Assembly (NCBI GenBank): GCA_950097015.1 | Contig: CATNEN010000008.1 | Coordinates: 248,001-312,000 of the forward strand | Reading direction: 5' to 3' | DNA length: 64,000 nucleotides | DNA from: Macrostomum hystrix | Taxonomy: Eukaryota > Animalia > Platyhelminthes | In this document: one piece after another, positions 12,701-23,960 of the stretch | How positions within the stretch are numbered: the first letter of the stretch is position 1 | Layout: every line of letters begins with the position of its first letter | Notes under the pieces: model-generated | What the model saw: only the letters and a program-made list of their open reading frames with translations | Database searches by the model: none | What the model was told of the DNA's origin: nothing | Translations under genes and position numbers: made by a program

Positions 12701-13917
12701 TATGACTGTAAGCTTGTGTTAGTTAAAGGTAGAAAATTATAGTAGATCATGTTAGCTGGATGCATAAGATGTGCTAATACTTCCCTTTCCACTAACCAGC
12801 TCAATGACCTTTTGCCATTTTGGCTACAGACAAGTTTTGTACCCCAGAAGCAGCCTCAGTTTGTTAAGTGCAAAAAGCAACCTTAAAAATCAAAATTGCA
12901 AGTCATCCCATTGATTTGAAAAGAATGCCAATTTGTGATATATGATTGTAAAAATGTTTTCTAAATGCAAATTATTGTCTATATAAACATTTTTTTAAAT
13001 TTTCCTACATTTGTCTTATTATTTATTACATTTCTTTGAAGTGACAACAATGTTTTCTTACTACTGCTACTTTTTAAGTATAAATTAAGGTATTAGAATG
13101 TAAAAATCATTTAGTTTTATAGCATTACCAAGCAATATAACAAAGTTATTTTTTGTGTAAGTGGCAAAATCAGGAGATTTGTCTTGTGTAATCAATGGCA
13201 CCATCTAGACTATTGTATATAAAGCAATAGAAAAGACAGTCCATTTTTAATAAGAGATTGTCTCTTTTATATGCATTCAAATGATTGTGTCTATAATGTC
13301 TATTAAGCAATAATGATAGCCATATATTATGAAATATATAAGAGTAAAGAAAAACAAAAAAGAAACTGTAAGCTAGCAAATAAAATAATGAATAGGGGTA
13401 TTGCATTATAAAGTAAGAAACCCTATGATTATTGTAAGTAAAAGATTGTAAAAAGAAACAAATATATATGAGTATTGATAATATATAACAATGTAATAAC
13501 ATACTAATTACTTAATGATAGTAGACAAGCAGTCAGCAAGATTCCATTTGATAACACATTCTACTGACTCAATAATACAAGCACATACAAACCATATGTA
13601 GGCAACCACTCACTGAGATGTGTACAGGGTTCGCCTGGACTATTTTATAATCAGTCACTTTTTACCCTCACTGTGTCATTAGTAGTTAATAATAATAATA
13701 ATATCTTAGAATGGGTGCAGTCAAAAGCACATTGGTATTATGTATTATGTTTATAATGATGTTTTCATACTGTTGCCTTTATTCAGCTTCGTGATATCTC
13801 AGTGCTATCTCAATGAATGTTTTGCAGGATACTGCAGCAATCAAATTGGATTAAATCTAACCACCCAACTGAACTGGCTGGCTGGTCAGTGCGGCTGCTG
13901 CAGTAGGAAAGTGGATC

Positions 13918-16900
13918 ATGCAGACGGCAGCGCATTCCGCTGGTTGGTCCGCAACCATCGCGGTGGCGGCAGCCGTGGCCGCGGCGGCTGCGGCCGCTTC
14001 TGGCTCATCTGGCGGAAATGCTTCAGTTGTGATGCGCGACGGTGCCTACAAGAGAGACGAGATCGCAATTGACAGAGTCGAAGAAGACGAAGATGACGAG
14101 GCCGAAGAGCGGGATCAACAACAGCAGCAGCAGCAAGATGCAGACGAGGATGCCGAAGGTGTATGGAGTCAGGACATTGAGCAAAGCTTCCAGGAAGCTC
14201 TAGCCATGTATCCGCCGTGTGGCAGGAGGAAAATTATCCTGCAGGAGGAAGGAAGAATGTATGGTGAGTGGGGTGGCCTTGCTTAAGGACAAATTGTTCT
14301 CTTTCGGTTCAGATTCGAACTCCAGACCTCTCAGTCAGAAGTGCAAATCTCCCTTAGCTTTAGATCGGGAATTGGCGGAATTTCGTGTACCTAGAATTAC
14401 AAATAGGATAATTTGGGATTTAGGTGGATTTTTATATCTATTCGGGGGTCCCTGAGCTCGATTCCGCGGCATTTGGGCGCAGCCGCGGAGAGAATTCTTG
14501 AGGGCTTGTCGTGTAATTCACGAATTCTTGAGGGCTAAACTCCAAGGCACAGTGATAGTGTACACTGCCACACCTGTCTGAGTGTGTGCCTGCATACACG
14601 GTATCTGTGTGCGTGTGTGCTCAGGAGTCAGCGAAATGGGCAGAATTGCCTCCTGGTTTGCTGCGGGTCTAGTGTCACCAAATGATGTGCCTTTGCCCGC
14701 AACCATCCTGCAGTTATTACTAATATTATAATTATAAATCTATACTTTTTAGTAATGGTAATTTTATATAATTACTAAAAAAATTGTTACTATATTATTC
14801 TAAATAGTACTGCATCATTAAAATTATGATAATTTTCACATTCCAATTATATATTGTTATTTTAGACCCAATTAAGATTAGCATTGTATATTTTTGTTGA
14901 TTTTATGTATAAAAATCAGATTTTCCTACGCGCGAAAGCTTACTAGCTGAGGAAGCAGGGAATGCAAGTTTGCATTGGCGGATGCAATGTGTAGTTGCTC
15001 TGTTCAACTGCGTAGAAGTGCTTGTCCCATCTAATCTCTTTGCTTTAGCTGGCTTATGCAGTTTCTAGCTCTGACTTCCTGTCGGATTGCATCAAATGCA
15101 GAATTTCGTTTGCCTCTGTTCGTTCTCTTGCACCAAGCACCCGTAGTCTTGTGGGCATATCAGGAAATTAACAACATCGTATTGTATGGAACGAAATTTC
15201 TTTGTAATAAGGAAGCTACTGATGATGTCACGGTTAGCGGACTATAATTACAGACTATTAAATCTTAAGTTAAGTTTGAGGGGAATTAATAAATAGGAAA
15301 TCTAGAGTGCCAGATTAATGATAATTTTTATGCAGACTAGAGGGGCGGAGTAATGACAGACACTAGATTACAGGTGCGGGAGTAATCACAGACACTAGAT
15401 TACAGGTGCGGGAGTAATGACAGACACTAGATTACAGGTGCAGGAGTAATGACAGACACTAGATTACAGGTGCGGGAGTAATCACAGACACTAGATTACA
15501 GGTGCGGGAGTAATGACAGACACTAGATTACAGGTGCGGGAGTAATGACAGACACTAGATTACAGGTGCAGGAGTAATGACAGACTCTAGATTACAGGTG
15601 CAGGAGTAATGACAGACACTAGATTACAGGTGCGGGAGTAATCACAGACACTAGATTACAGGTGCGGGAGTAATCACAGACACTAGATTACAGGTGCGGG
15701 AGTAATCACAGACACTAGATTACAGGTGCGGGAGTAATCACAGACACTAGATTACAGGTGCGGGAGTAATCACAGACACTAGATTACAGGGGTGAAGTAT
15801 TACCAAAAGAAATCTATCTACAGAGAATATGATGGTGCTGATGATAGACGAAATCCAATGCCCTATTCATTCTGTCACGCCAGGCCGCAATGAGCTGATC
15901 GCCCGGTACATTCGGCTGCGCACGGGCAAGACCCGGACCCGCAAGCAGGTGTCCAGCCACATCCAGGTGCTGGCCAGACGGCGCACCAAGGAAGTCCAGA
16001 GCAGCATCCGGGATCCGGCTACTAAGGAGCGGGCAATGCAGACGCTTAGCCAGCTGAGCTCTGCTCAGATTGTTAGCGCCGGCCTCAATAATTCTTCTAG
16101 GGGACAACAACAGCAGCAGCAGCAGCAGTCCTCAATAACCGCCCCCGCCTGGTCCTCAACAATAGTTGTTGCCGAGGATTCGGCCGAACCAGAATCTCCC
16201 GTTGCTGTCTGCGGTCCGCGCCTGCGTCTGCGCGAACTGAGCGCCTTCGTTGAAGCTCCTTCGTTGGCAACGTCGCCTTCGACAGCAGGCGCCACCGCCG
16301 ACGAGACCAATCAGCAGCAGCGGCGTTGTCGGCGACACGTGTTCGCCAGCCTGACTGCGGCCTCCGCCTCCGCTGCCCAGCCTCCTTTAGAATGCGTCGA
16401 CGTCTCCCAGATTGCCGACAAGTTTCCCGAGCGACGCGGCGGCCTGCGCGACTTCCTGGAGGCCGGACCAGAGGGCTCGGCCTACTTGGTGAAGTTCTGG
16501 GCGGATATTAACACGCCGTTGCCTGATGAGCCGGAGGCCTTCTATGGATTCGGCACCGCGTTAGTACTGGGCCAATTCTTTAAATCTAGATAGACAGGTA
16601 GAATTGGTGGGGCCAGATGTACTTAGATAGTACAGACGCAGCTATTGCGTGGCTCATCTGAAGGCTGCGTACGGCTGTTCAGTCCATGGACTGGGGGGGG
16701 ACGCCACACCCACCCTTAATTACTCCAGCTGATGCTGGTACCCTTTTAGCAGTTGGGTGAACTGAAACGATGCAGATTTAATTGTCTTGCTAAAGGGCAC
16801 AAATTGTTCCAGTGGAGTCGGGAATCGAACCCCCGACCTTTAAGTCGTTTTTCCGACGCTCTAACCACTAGGCTAGCCCTACACTACACTACAACCCTCC

Positions 16901-18309
16901 TCCCCAGGGCAGATGTACACACCTGTGTCATTGCGGTCCTTCGTGCAGTATCAGTGTGCCTGTGGCTGCCACACCTTCAGTGTCTTCCTCAAAAACAATT
17001 GTCGTCTAGGAGTTTACTTACGTCCCAAGTTAGTAAAACATTTCTTTGAGCAAATGCTAGCTTTTCAAGCAGAAATTGAGAGTTCTCCCAGTCTGTCAGT
17101 TCCCGATCTGCGAATCCCCTCTGCTGCTTGGCAATCTAAAAGAAACTTCTCTCATATTTCCTCTCTACCCCCTGGTCCCCGGGACAAATTTCTTCCCCTA
17201 CCCCATGCTTCTCCTACTGAAGAAGCTGTGAGCTGGGATGAGTTGAGTTGGCATAAAGTGCAACTGCTTCTGCACGAAAGATCCCATGATCCTCCTTCTT
17301 CCCCTCCACTCCAATTCCCCCAAGTTTCGTATTCCCTGTCTGGGCAGGGAATATTTGGTGAGCAGCCGGCAAAGAAGGAACTGGAAGTTAGGCCTATTGT
17401 TGGCAAAACAATGCCAATTGATGCGTCGAAGCGGGAAGTAGCCAATATTTTGTTCGACCGCATAGTGCGGATTAAGTGCTAGCAATGAGTCATTCACCTA
17501 ACTATTAAAAATTTGATATTTTTTTCTATCTTTAATTAACTTCTTCCTAGAAACTTTCTTTGTTTCTCTGCAAAAGAAACTTTTATTTTAAAACGGCAAT
17601 ACTTCAGTCTTGATTATCTCACAGCTGTGTGAGTATGTGCTCAGGAGTCAGCGGAATGGGCAGAGTTGTCTCCTCGCTGGCTGCGGGTCCAGTGTCACCA
17701 ATGTGCCATTGCCCGCAGCCCTCCTGCAAATTTAAATTATTATATTAGACATTAATTTCTATTTTGCTTCAGTTCAATTTTCCATTTATCTTAAAAATCC
17801 CAAAAATGCTGCCTATAATCAATTCTGCCTACTTATGAGTAGTATTATCGTAGTTTATATTTTCGCCGCTCAGATATGAAAGCGCCGAACGGCTAACACT
17901 GTCCTGCTCAACCAAGGTGTGCTCGTTTGGCAGGCAAGTTGTTGAAAAAGTTGAGAAGCACATTGGGCCTAGACTGGAGTCTGGTCGCTACGTGTACCAG
18001 AGCGACCGGAGTCCTATGTGCGAGTACATGGTCAACTTTATTACTAAACTGCGCCAACTGCCTGAGAAATATATGATGAATACGGTACTGGAGAACTTCA
18101 CTATTCTGCAGGTGAGCTGGGCTCATGTATTTGTAGGTCGCGAGTTCGAATCTCGTCGGTAGTTTTTTTAATAATTGGGCTTCTAAATCTGGCATTGTCA
18201 GGTAATAAATTGCGAAGCCACTGGCGAGCCTCTGCTGTGCATTGCCTACGTATTCGAAGTGTCTACAGGCTCCGCGCAGCATCATGTTTATCGACTTAGT
18301 CGAGGCTAA
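13918..18309 (+). CDS. TEAD: TEAD/scalloped transcription factor; exons 13918-14263, 15884-16559, 17874-18111, 18202-18309
   Basis: TEA domain [30 protein letters not shown]...MYG|[32 protein letters not shown]-binding domain [43 protein letters not shown]...QHHVYRL. All three introns are GT-AG and preserve frame. The start ATG is assumed. Confidence 0.95.
14447..14712 (+). mobile_element. tRNA-derived SINE family A, 5'-truncated copy in TEAD intron 1
   Basis: B-box-like gagctcgattcc. The body tgctcaggagtcagcgaaatgggcagaattgcctcc...gcgggtctagtgtcacc also occurs at 17623-17730 and, inverted, at 28850-29010. Confidence 0.65.
15345..15792. repeat. 32-bp minisatellite (gacactagattacaggtgcgggagtaatcaca), about 14 copies, TEAD intron 1
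   Basis: Period 32 counted directly. Confidence 0.95.
16600..16878 (-). mobile_element. tRNA-derived CORE-like SINE (family B) in TEAD intron 2
   Basis: Reverse complement of the element at 29023-29338, with A/B boxes and a CORE-like segment. Confidence 0.75.
17623..17730 (+). mobile_element. SINE family A 3' fragment
   Basis: Matches the 3' part of 14447-14712. Confidence 0.65.
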
Positions 18310-18584
18310 CCTCTATCTGCGCTGTAAATAATTTGATTGTGTTTGTTATTTTGTTATTTGAAAGATATTGCAAAACTGCTTGAGTGCATTCGTCTTATTT
18401 CGTCCCTTTGTTTCTCTTTGTGCACAGTTTGTCGTTCTTATTTTCTACCATTTTAAAGTCATTTTATGCTTGCTTATTATTTCGCGAATTTACACAGATT
18501 TTTGTGCAACTCTGGCGTGTCCAGCTGCCTGCTTGGTTTACATTAGTTGTAATTGCTTACCATTTTCTGCTTACTTCACAGGCA

Positions 18585-19310
18585 TCCCTGTTGCTAAGCG
18601 GCCTCCCATTGACGGGAATCCCAGTTGCTAAGCGGCCTTCCATTGACGGGAATCCCCGTTGCTAAGCGACTTCCCATTAACGGGAATCCCCGTTGCTTAG
18701 AAGCCTCCCATTGACGGGAATCCCCGTTGCTAAGCGACCTCCCATTCACAGGAATCCCCGTTGCTTAGAAGCCTTCCATTGACGGGAATCCACTTTGCTA
18801 AGCGGCCTCCCATTGACGGGAATCCACGTTGCTAAGCGACTTCCCATTCACGGGAATCCCCGTTGCTTAGAAGCCTCCCATTGACGGGAATCCACGTTGC
18901 TAAGCAGCCTCCCATTGACGGGAATCCACGTTGCTAAGCGACCTCCCATTCACGGGAATCCCCGTTGCTAAGCGACCTCCCATTCACGGGAATCCCCGTT
19001 GCTTAAAAGCCTTCCATTGACGGGAATCCACTTTGCTAAGCGGCCTCCCATTGACGGGAATCCACGTTGCTAAGCGACCTCCCATTCACAGGAGTCCCCG
19101 TTGCTAAGCGACCTCCCATTCACGGGAATCCCCGTTGCTTAGAAGCCTCCCATTGACGGGAATCCACGTTGCTAAGCGGCCTCCCATTGACGGGAATCCA
19201 CGTTACTAAGCTGCCTTTCATTCACAGCAAACCCCGTTGCTAATCGGCCTCCCATTAAAGGGAATCCCAGTTGCTAAGAGGCCTCTTATTCACGGTAATC
19301 CTCCACGCTA
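18585..19310. repeat. 34-35-bp minisatellite (cccattgacgggaatccccgttgctaagcggcct), about 20 copies, downstream of the TEAD stop
   Basis: Direct inspection. Confidence 0.95.
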
Positions 19311-19504
19311 AGGGGCCTGTTTTTGAGGAAATCTATTTTACGGGAAAGTCTGTTGTTACAGGATTTTACAATTTTCTACCCCAGATTGGATAGAAACCCC
19401 GTTGCTTTGCTCGGCATTAGGAATGTTATGTCGCCTCTCTGTCTGTGATTGAGCTGCTTGCAAAAACAGCTCAAGCTCGTGATTGAGCTGTGATTGAGCT
19501 GTGA

Positions 19505-19665
19505 TTGAGCTGCGCCTAATATTTAGGCTTGATCAGTGAAATTGGAGAAATTCGCGTTAGAGTGTCGATAGTCGCCTAGTTCCACCTGTTGTAGCCCTTG
19601 AAGGTCCAGCAAATCCGTCTAGATAAAGGTCGGTGTTCTTGGCCCGTGTTCTTGAGTTTCGTGTT
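19505..19665. repeat. Dispersed repeat, internally deleted copy of 1-400
   Basis: Shared sequence blocks with 1-400. Confidence 0.8.
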
Positions 19666-20654
19666 GGTAGTTCTACTGTTAACAATTATGTAAAGCAATT
19701 ACTGTCTCTTGTATCCTCACTCATAGGTCTGCGCGCGCTTCCTTATTTTCTTGTTTGTTTGTTTGTTTGTTTCAGTTGTTTATTTTTTAGTTTCATTTTC
19801 TGTTTCAATTTTTACCCTCTTAGCTTCCATTTTTTTTATTAAGAAGACGATATTTGAGATTTTGAGATTTGAGATCTATTTACAATAAAATTCAACTTTA
19901 GTGCCTTATATCCGTAGTGCTTTGCCATCACAAATCCGTTGCTGGAATTTGGGATCAATTTTATTATTTTGTTTTTTTATCCTCAAACAGTATAGAAACA
20001 TTTTGCTGCCATCCGAAATTTATTTCTTAAGTGTTCAATTATGTTAGTCATCTAAAGCAGCTATCTATAGTTTTCATCTGCCGTCTTCCAATTGTACCAT
20101 TTTGTTCACGTAAATTAATCACGATTGTATTGTGTTAGATCTTTATAGGTGCTTCAATTTTTTATTTGCCTATTTTATTATCAATTTTAGTGTGATATAG
20201 TGTCAAATCTGTGTCTTAAATGTAGCTTGTCGGATACTTACAAGCTTATTAGGAACTGTCTTATTATCCAAGCAAAACTTTGATGTTTCTTATTATTTGC
20301 TTGTTTTATGAAACAATTTTTTAGAACTTTTGTTTATAAATTTATAATTAGTTGTGTATGAATGCAAACGATTTGTTATTACAATTCTACAACCTAATAG
20401 AATTTTTCACTTGGCTAAATTAAAATTGCTTTGTTTCAATTATTTGACACGAATTTGTAGTTAGGGTCTCCCGTCTGATCTCTCTCCCTTGTCTGATAAC
20501 TCCCCTGCCTAAAAACTCCTTTGTCTCATCACGCTTCTTTCGAGTCTCTTTTTCCCTAGGTCTTTGTTCTCCTGTCTCATCTCTATCTCGTCTATTATCT
20601 CTCCTGTTTATCTTTAGTTCCATCTCTCTCTAGTCTCTCTACTAGGCAGAGTCT

Positions 20655-21210
20655 TTCTAGTCTCATCTCTCCCGTCTAATCTCTCTTTTGTCTAATCTCA
20701 CCACTGTCGCATCTTTTCCCTGTCTCATCTCTCCCCTGTGTTATCTCTCCCCTGTCTCATCTCTCCCCTGCCTCATCTCTCCCCTGCCTAATCTCTCCCC
20801 TGTCTCATCTCTCTCCTGTGTTATTTCTCCCCTGTCTCATCTCTCCCTTGTCTCATCTCTCCCCTGTCTCATCTCTCTGGTGTCTCATCTCTCTGGTGTC
20901 TCATCTCTCTAACGTGTCTCATCTCTCTGGTGGCTCATCTCTCCCTTGTCTTATCTCTCCACTGTCTCATCTCTCCCCTGTCTCATCTCTCCCCTGTCTC
21001 ATCTCTCCCCTGTCTCATCTCTCCCCTGTCTCATCTCTCTGGTGTCTCATCTCTCTAACGTGTCTCATCTCTCTGGTGTCTCATCTCTACCCTGTCTCAT
21101 CTCTCTGGTGTCTCATCTCTCTGGTGGCTCATCTCTCCCGTGTCTCATCTCTCCCCTGTCTCATCTCTCCCCTGTCTCATCTCTCCCCTGTCTCATCTCT
21201 CCCCTGTCTA
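20655..21210. repeat. 16-bp minisatellite (tgtctcatctctcccc)n
   Basis: Reverse complement of the repeat inside the MITE at 2729-3160. Confidence 0.9.
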
Positions 21211-21316
21211 ATCCATTTTCCGCAACATCTCACCCCTGCTCTACATCGAGATTCACTAATAAGTCAATCAATAAATGTTACATGGCAATGCGACAGAAAA
21301 ATTTCCCCCTCCGCAG

Positions 21317-23077
21317 CGCACCCTGGGCCAGCCGCCAAAGTGTCGCTCTCACGCATAATCGAAGACGTGACGACTCGGGCGGCCGCGGCCGCAGCCGATG
21401 CCGCAGCCGCAGCGGCGGGCGATCAGGACGCCGCCCAGTCGCCGACGAAGCCGGCGAAGCCGCGCAAACCTGCCGGCACCGGGCGGCGGTCGCGGCAGGC
21501 CCGGCGCGATCCGCAGGAGCCAGTCAATCCCAGATCGGCCTACACCGTATTTGTCAAGGAGAAGATGGAACAGCTGGGCGCTCACATCAAAGACACGCCG
21601 GAGCTCAAGTTGAAGGGCCGCGATCAGATCAAAGTGGTTGCCCAACAATGGCGGGATCTCTCGGCGGAGGAGAAACAGCGCTATCAGCAGCTGTACACCA
21701 AGGCATTCGCCGCCTACGAGCAGGAACTATCTGCCTACAAGCAGACGGAGGCGCATAGAGCCTTTCAAGAGAAACTGAAGGCGTTGGACGCACAGAGGTC
21801 GGCTAGTAATCATCCGTCTACTTCTGCGCCCAGCCCGGCTAAAAGATCGAAAAGCGGCGGAGGCGGCAGCGGCGGCGGGGGCAGCAGCGGCGGCGGAGCC
21901 GGAAGCGGAGCCTCAGGCGGCCCCGCCGGTAGCGCAGTTAATCGACCTGCGGTCGGTCAAACTGTGCCAGTTAGAAAGGCTGGAACTGAGGAGAATGTGG
22001 TTAATAGTCTGTCGGGTGTTACTACTGTTGGTGTCAATCAGCAGGTGCAGCAGCAGCAGCAGCAGATGCAACAGCAGCAACTGTTGGTGCCAACCACAAT
22101 GGGTCATCAACAGGTTCTTGTACCGGCTGGTCAGCAACAGATGCTGCTGCCTGCTGGTGCCCAGCAGCAGTTGCTGGTACCTGCTAGCGGTCAGCAACAG
22201 GTGCTGGTTTCTGCCGGCGGTCAGCAACAGATGTTGGTGTCTGCTGGCGGTCAGCAGCAGATGCTAGTGTCTGCTAGCGGTCAGCAACAGATGCTAGTAC
22301 CTGCTAGCAGTCAGCAGCAGATGTTGGTACCTGCTAGCGGTCAGCAACAGATGCTAGTCCCTGCTAGCGGTCAGCAACAGGTGCTAGTAACGGCTGGTGG
22401 CCAGCAACAGGTGCTCGTGCCGGCAAGTCAGCTGTCAGGACTCACGGCTGGCCAGCATCAGTTCCTGGTGCCGGCTGGCGGTCAACAACAGGTGAGACGC
22501 TTATCGACACTTGAAATTATAGTTAGAGGGTGAGATTCTGAACTAATCACTCTAGCTTTGAGGTGAGATTCTGAACTAGTCACTCCAGTTTGAGGTGAGA
22601 TTCTGAACTAGTCACTCTAGTTTGAGGTGAGATTCTGAACTAGTCACTCTAGTTTGAGGTGAGATTCTGAACTAGTCACTTTAGTTTGAGGTGAGATTCT
22701 GAACTAGTCACTTTAGTTTGAGGTGAGATCCTATCTCATCTACTAACCCAAAGACAGTTTAGGACATGTTCTCATAAACTACTTAAAAAACGCCGCAGAT
22801 GCTGATGGCAGCGGCTGGTCCTGGCGGTCAGGGCCAGCAGCTACTGCTGCCAGCTGGCCAGCAGCTGATGCAGCTGCAGAACCTGCCCGGCCTGCCACCC
22901 GGCACAGTCGCCCTGCTGGCCGTCACCCAGGGTCCTGTCCCCGGGCTGGCACAAGTGGCCTCTGTTGGTGGCCAGTCATTGTCCAGCTTCCAGGAGCTGG
23001 TGCAATCCGCGCAGCAGCAGCAGCAGCAGCAACAGCAATTGCAGTCAGCATTGCCTCCTTCACAACATCAGCAGCAG

Positions 23078-23111
<34 letters not shown>

Positions 23112-23455
23112 TTCTCCAACAGCAGCAACAGCAGCTTCTTCAGCAACAGCAGCAGCAGCTGGCAAACAGCAAGCCAGTCAGCACAGCGGATCTTGCCGCC
23201 AGCATTCAGCGCATAGCCGAGGATTTAAACGCCGGCTCCGATGATCGAATGCGGGCAGCCGAAGAAGCTGTCCGCCTGCTGCGCGCCAGAATGGCCGACG
23301 TTCAAAACGCGTACAGGCAGCAGGGCCTCGCCCAGAACTTTGTGCCGGACCTGCAGGCGCAGATTGACCGGGTTCTGCCGGCTCTGAGCACCGTGCGGCC
23401 CGATGTACTCTCTAACCTGCAGGATCTGGTGCGCTCGCTAATTGTGCCCACCTGA
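21317..23455 (+). CDS. HMG-box protein, HMG20A/B-like; exons 21317-22491 and 22799-23455, 5' exon(s) not located
   Basis: RDPQEPVNPRSAYTVFVKEK...QQWRDLSAEEKQRYQ...YEQELSAYKQTEAHRAFQEK is an HMG box with an HMG20-like tail. Acceptor tttccccctccgcag at 21316, donor gtgaga at 22492, acceptor cgccgcag at 22798 (phase 0). No in-frame ATG precedes the box in this exon. Confidence 0.7.
22528..22728. repeat. 32-bp intronic tandem repeat (aggtgagattctgaactagtcactctagtttg), about 6 copies
   Basis: Unit starts at 22561, 22593, 22625, 22657, 22689 and 22721. Confidence 0.95.
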
Positions 23456-23714
23456 TCAGCCCCTTCCCCTGGACCCCTAGTCTTGGCAGCTTTCCAGCTG
23501 TTCCTTAATGGCTTCTAAGTTACTTATAGAAAAAGCCTGTGCTTTTTTCTAACAGATTCTAAGACATTATATTCTAAGAATATCGAATAGTTCTGTTCCT
23601 ATAGTTTTTGTCTATCCCTAGCAGGTATGGCTGGGGTCGTCAAATTGATCATGACTATCAAATATGTATATCTACCTTCTACTGCCTGCTAATACTCTCC
23701 CTTATCTAGACCCC

Positions 23715-23960
23715 TCCTCTGCCTCCTGCCTACTCTGCCCTCCCCGCCTCTGCCTCCTGTGCCTCCTGTGCCTCCTCTGCCTCCCCGCCTCTGCCTCCTG
23801 TGCATCCTCTGCCTCCTGTGCCTACTCTGCCCTCCCCGCCTCTGCCTCCTGTGCCTCCTCTGCCTCGCCGCCTCTGCCTCCTGCCTCCCCTGACTCCTCT
23901 GCCTCCTCTGCTTCCTCTGCCTCCTCTGCCTCTGCCTCCCCTGCCTCCCCTGCTTCGCCT
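23715..23960. repeat. Pyrimidine-rich low-complexity repeat (ctctgc/ctcctgtgc)
   Basis: Direct inspection. Confidence 0.85.
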
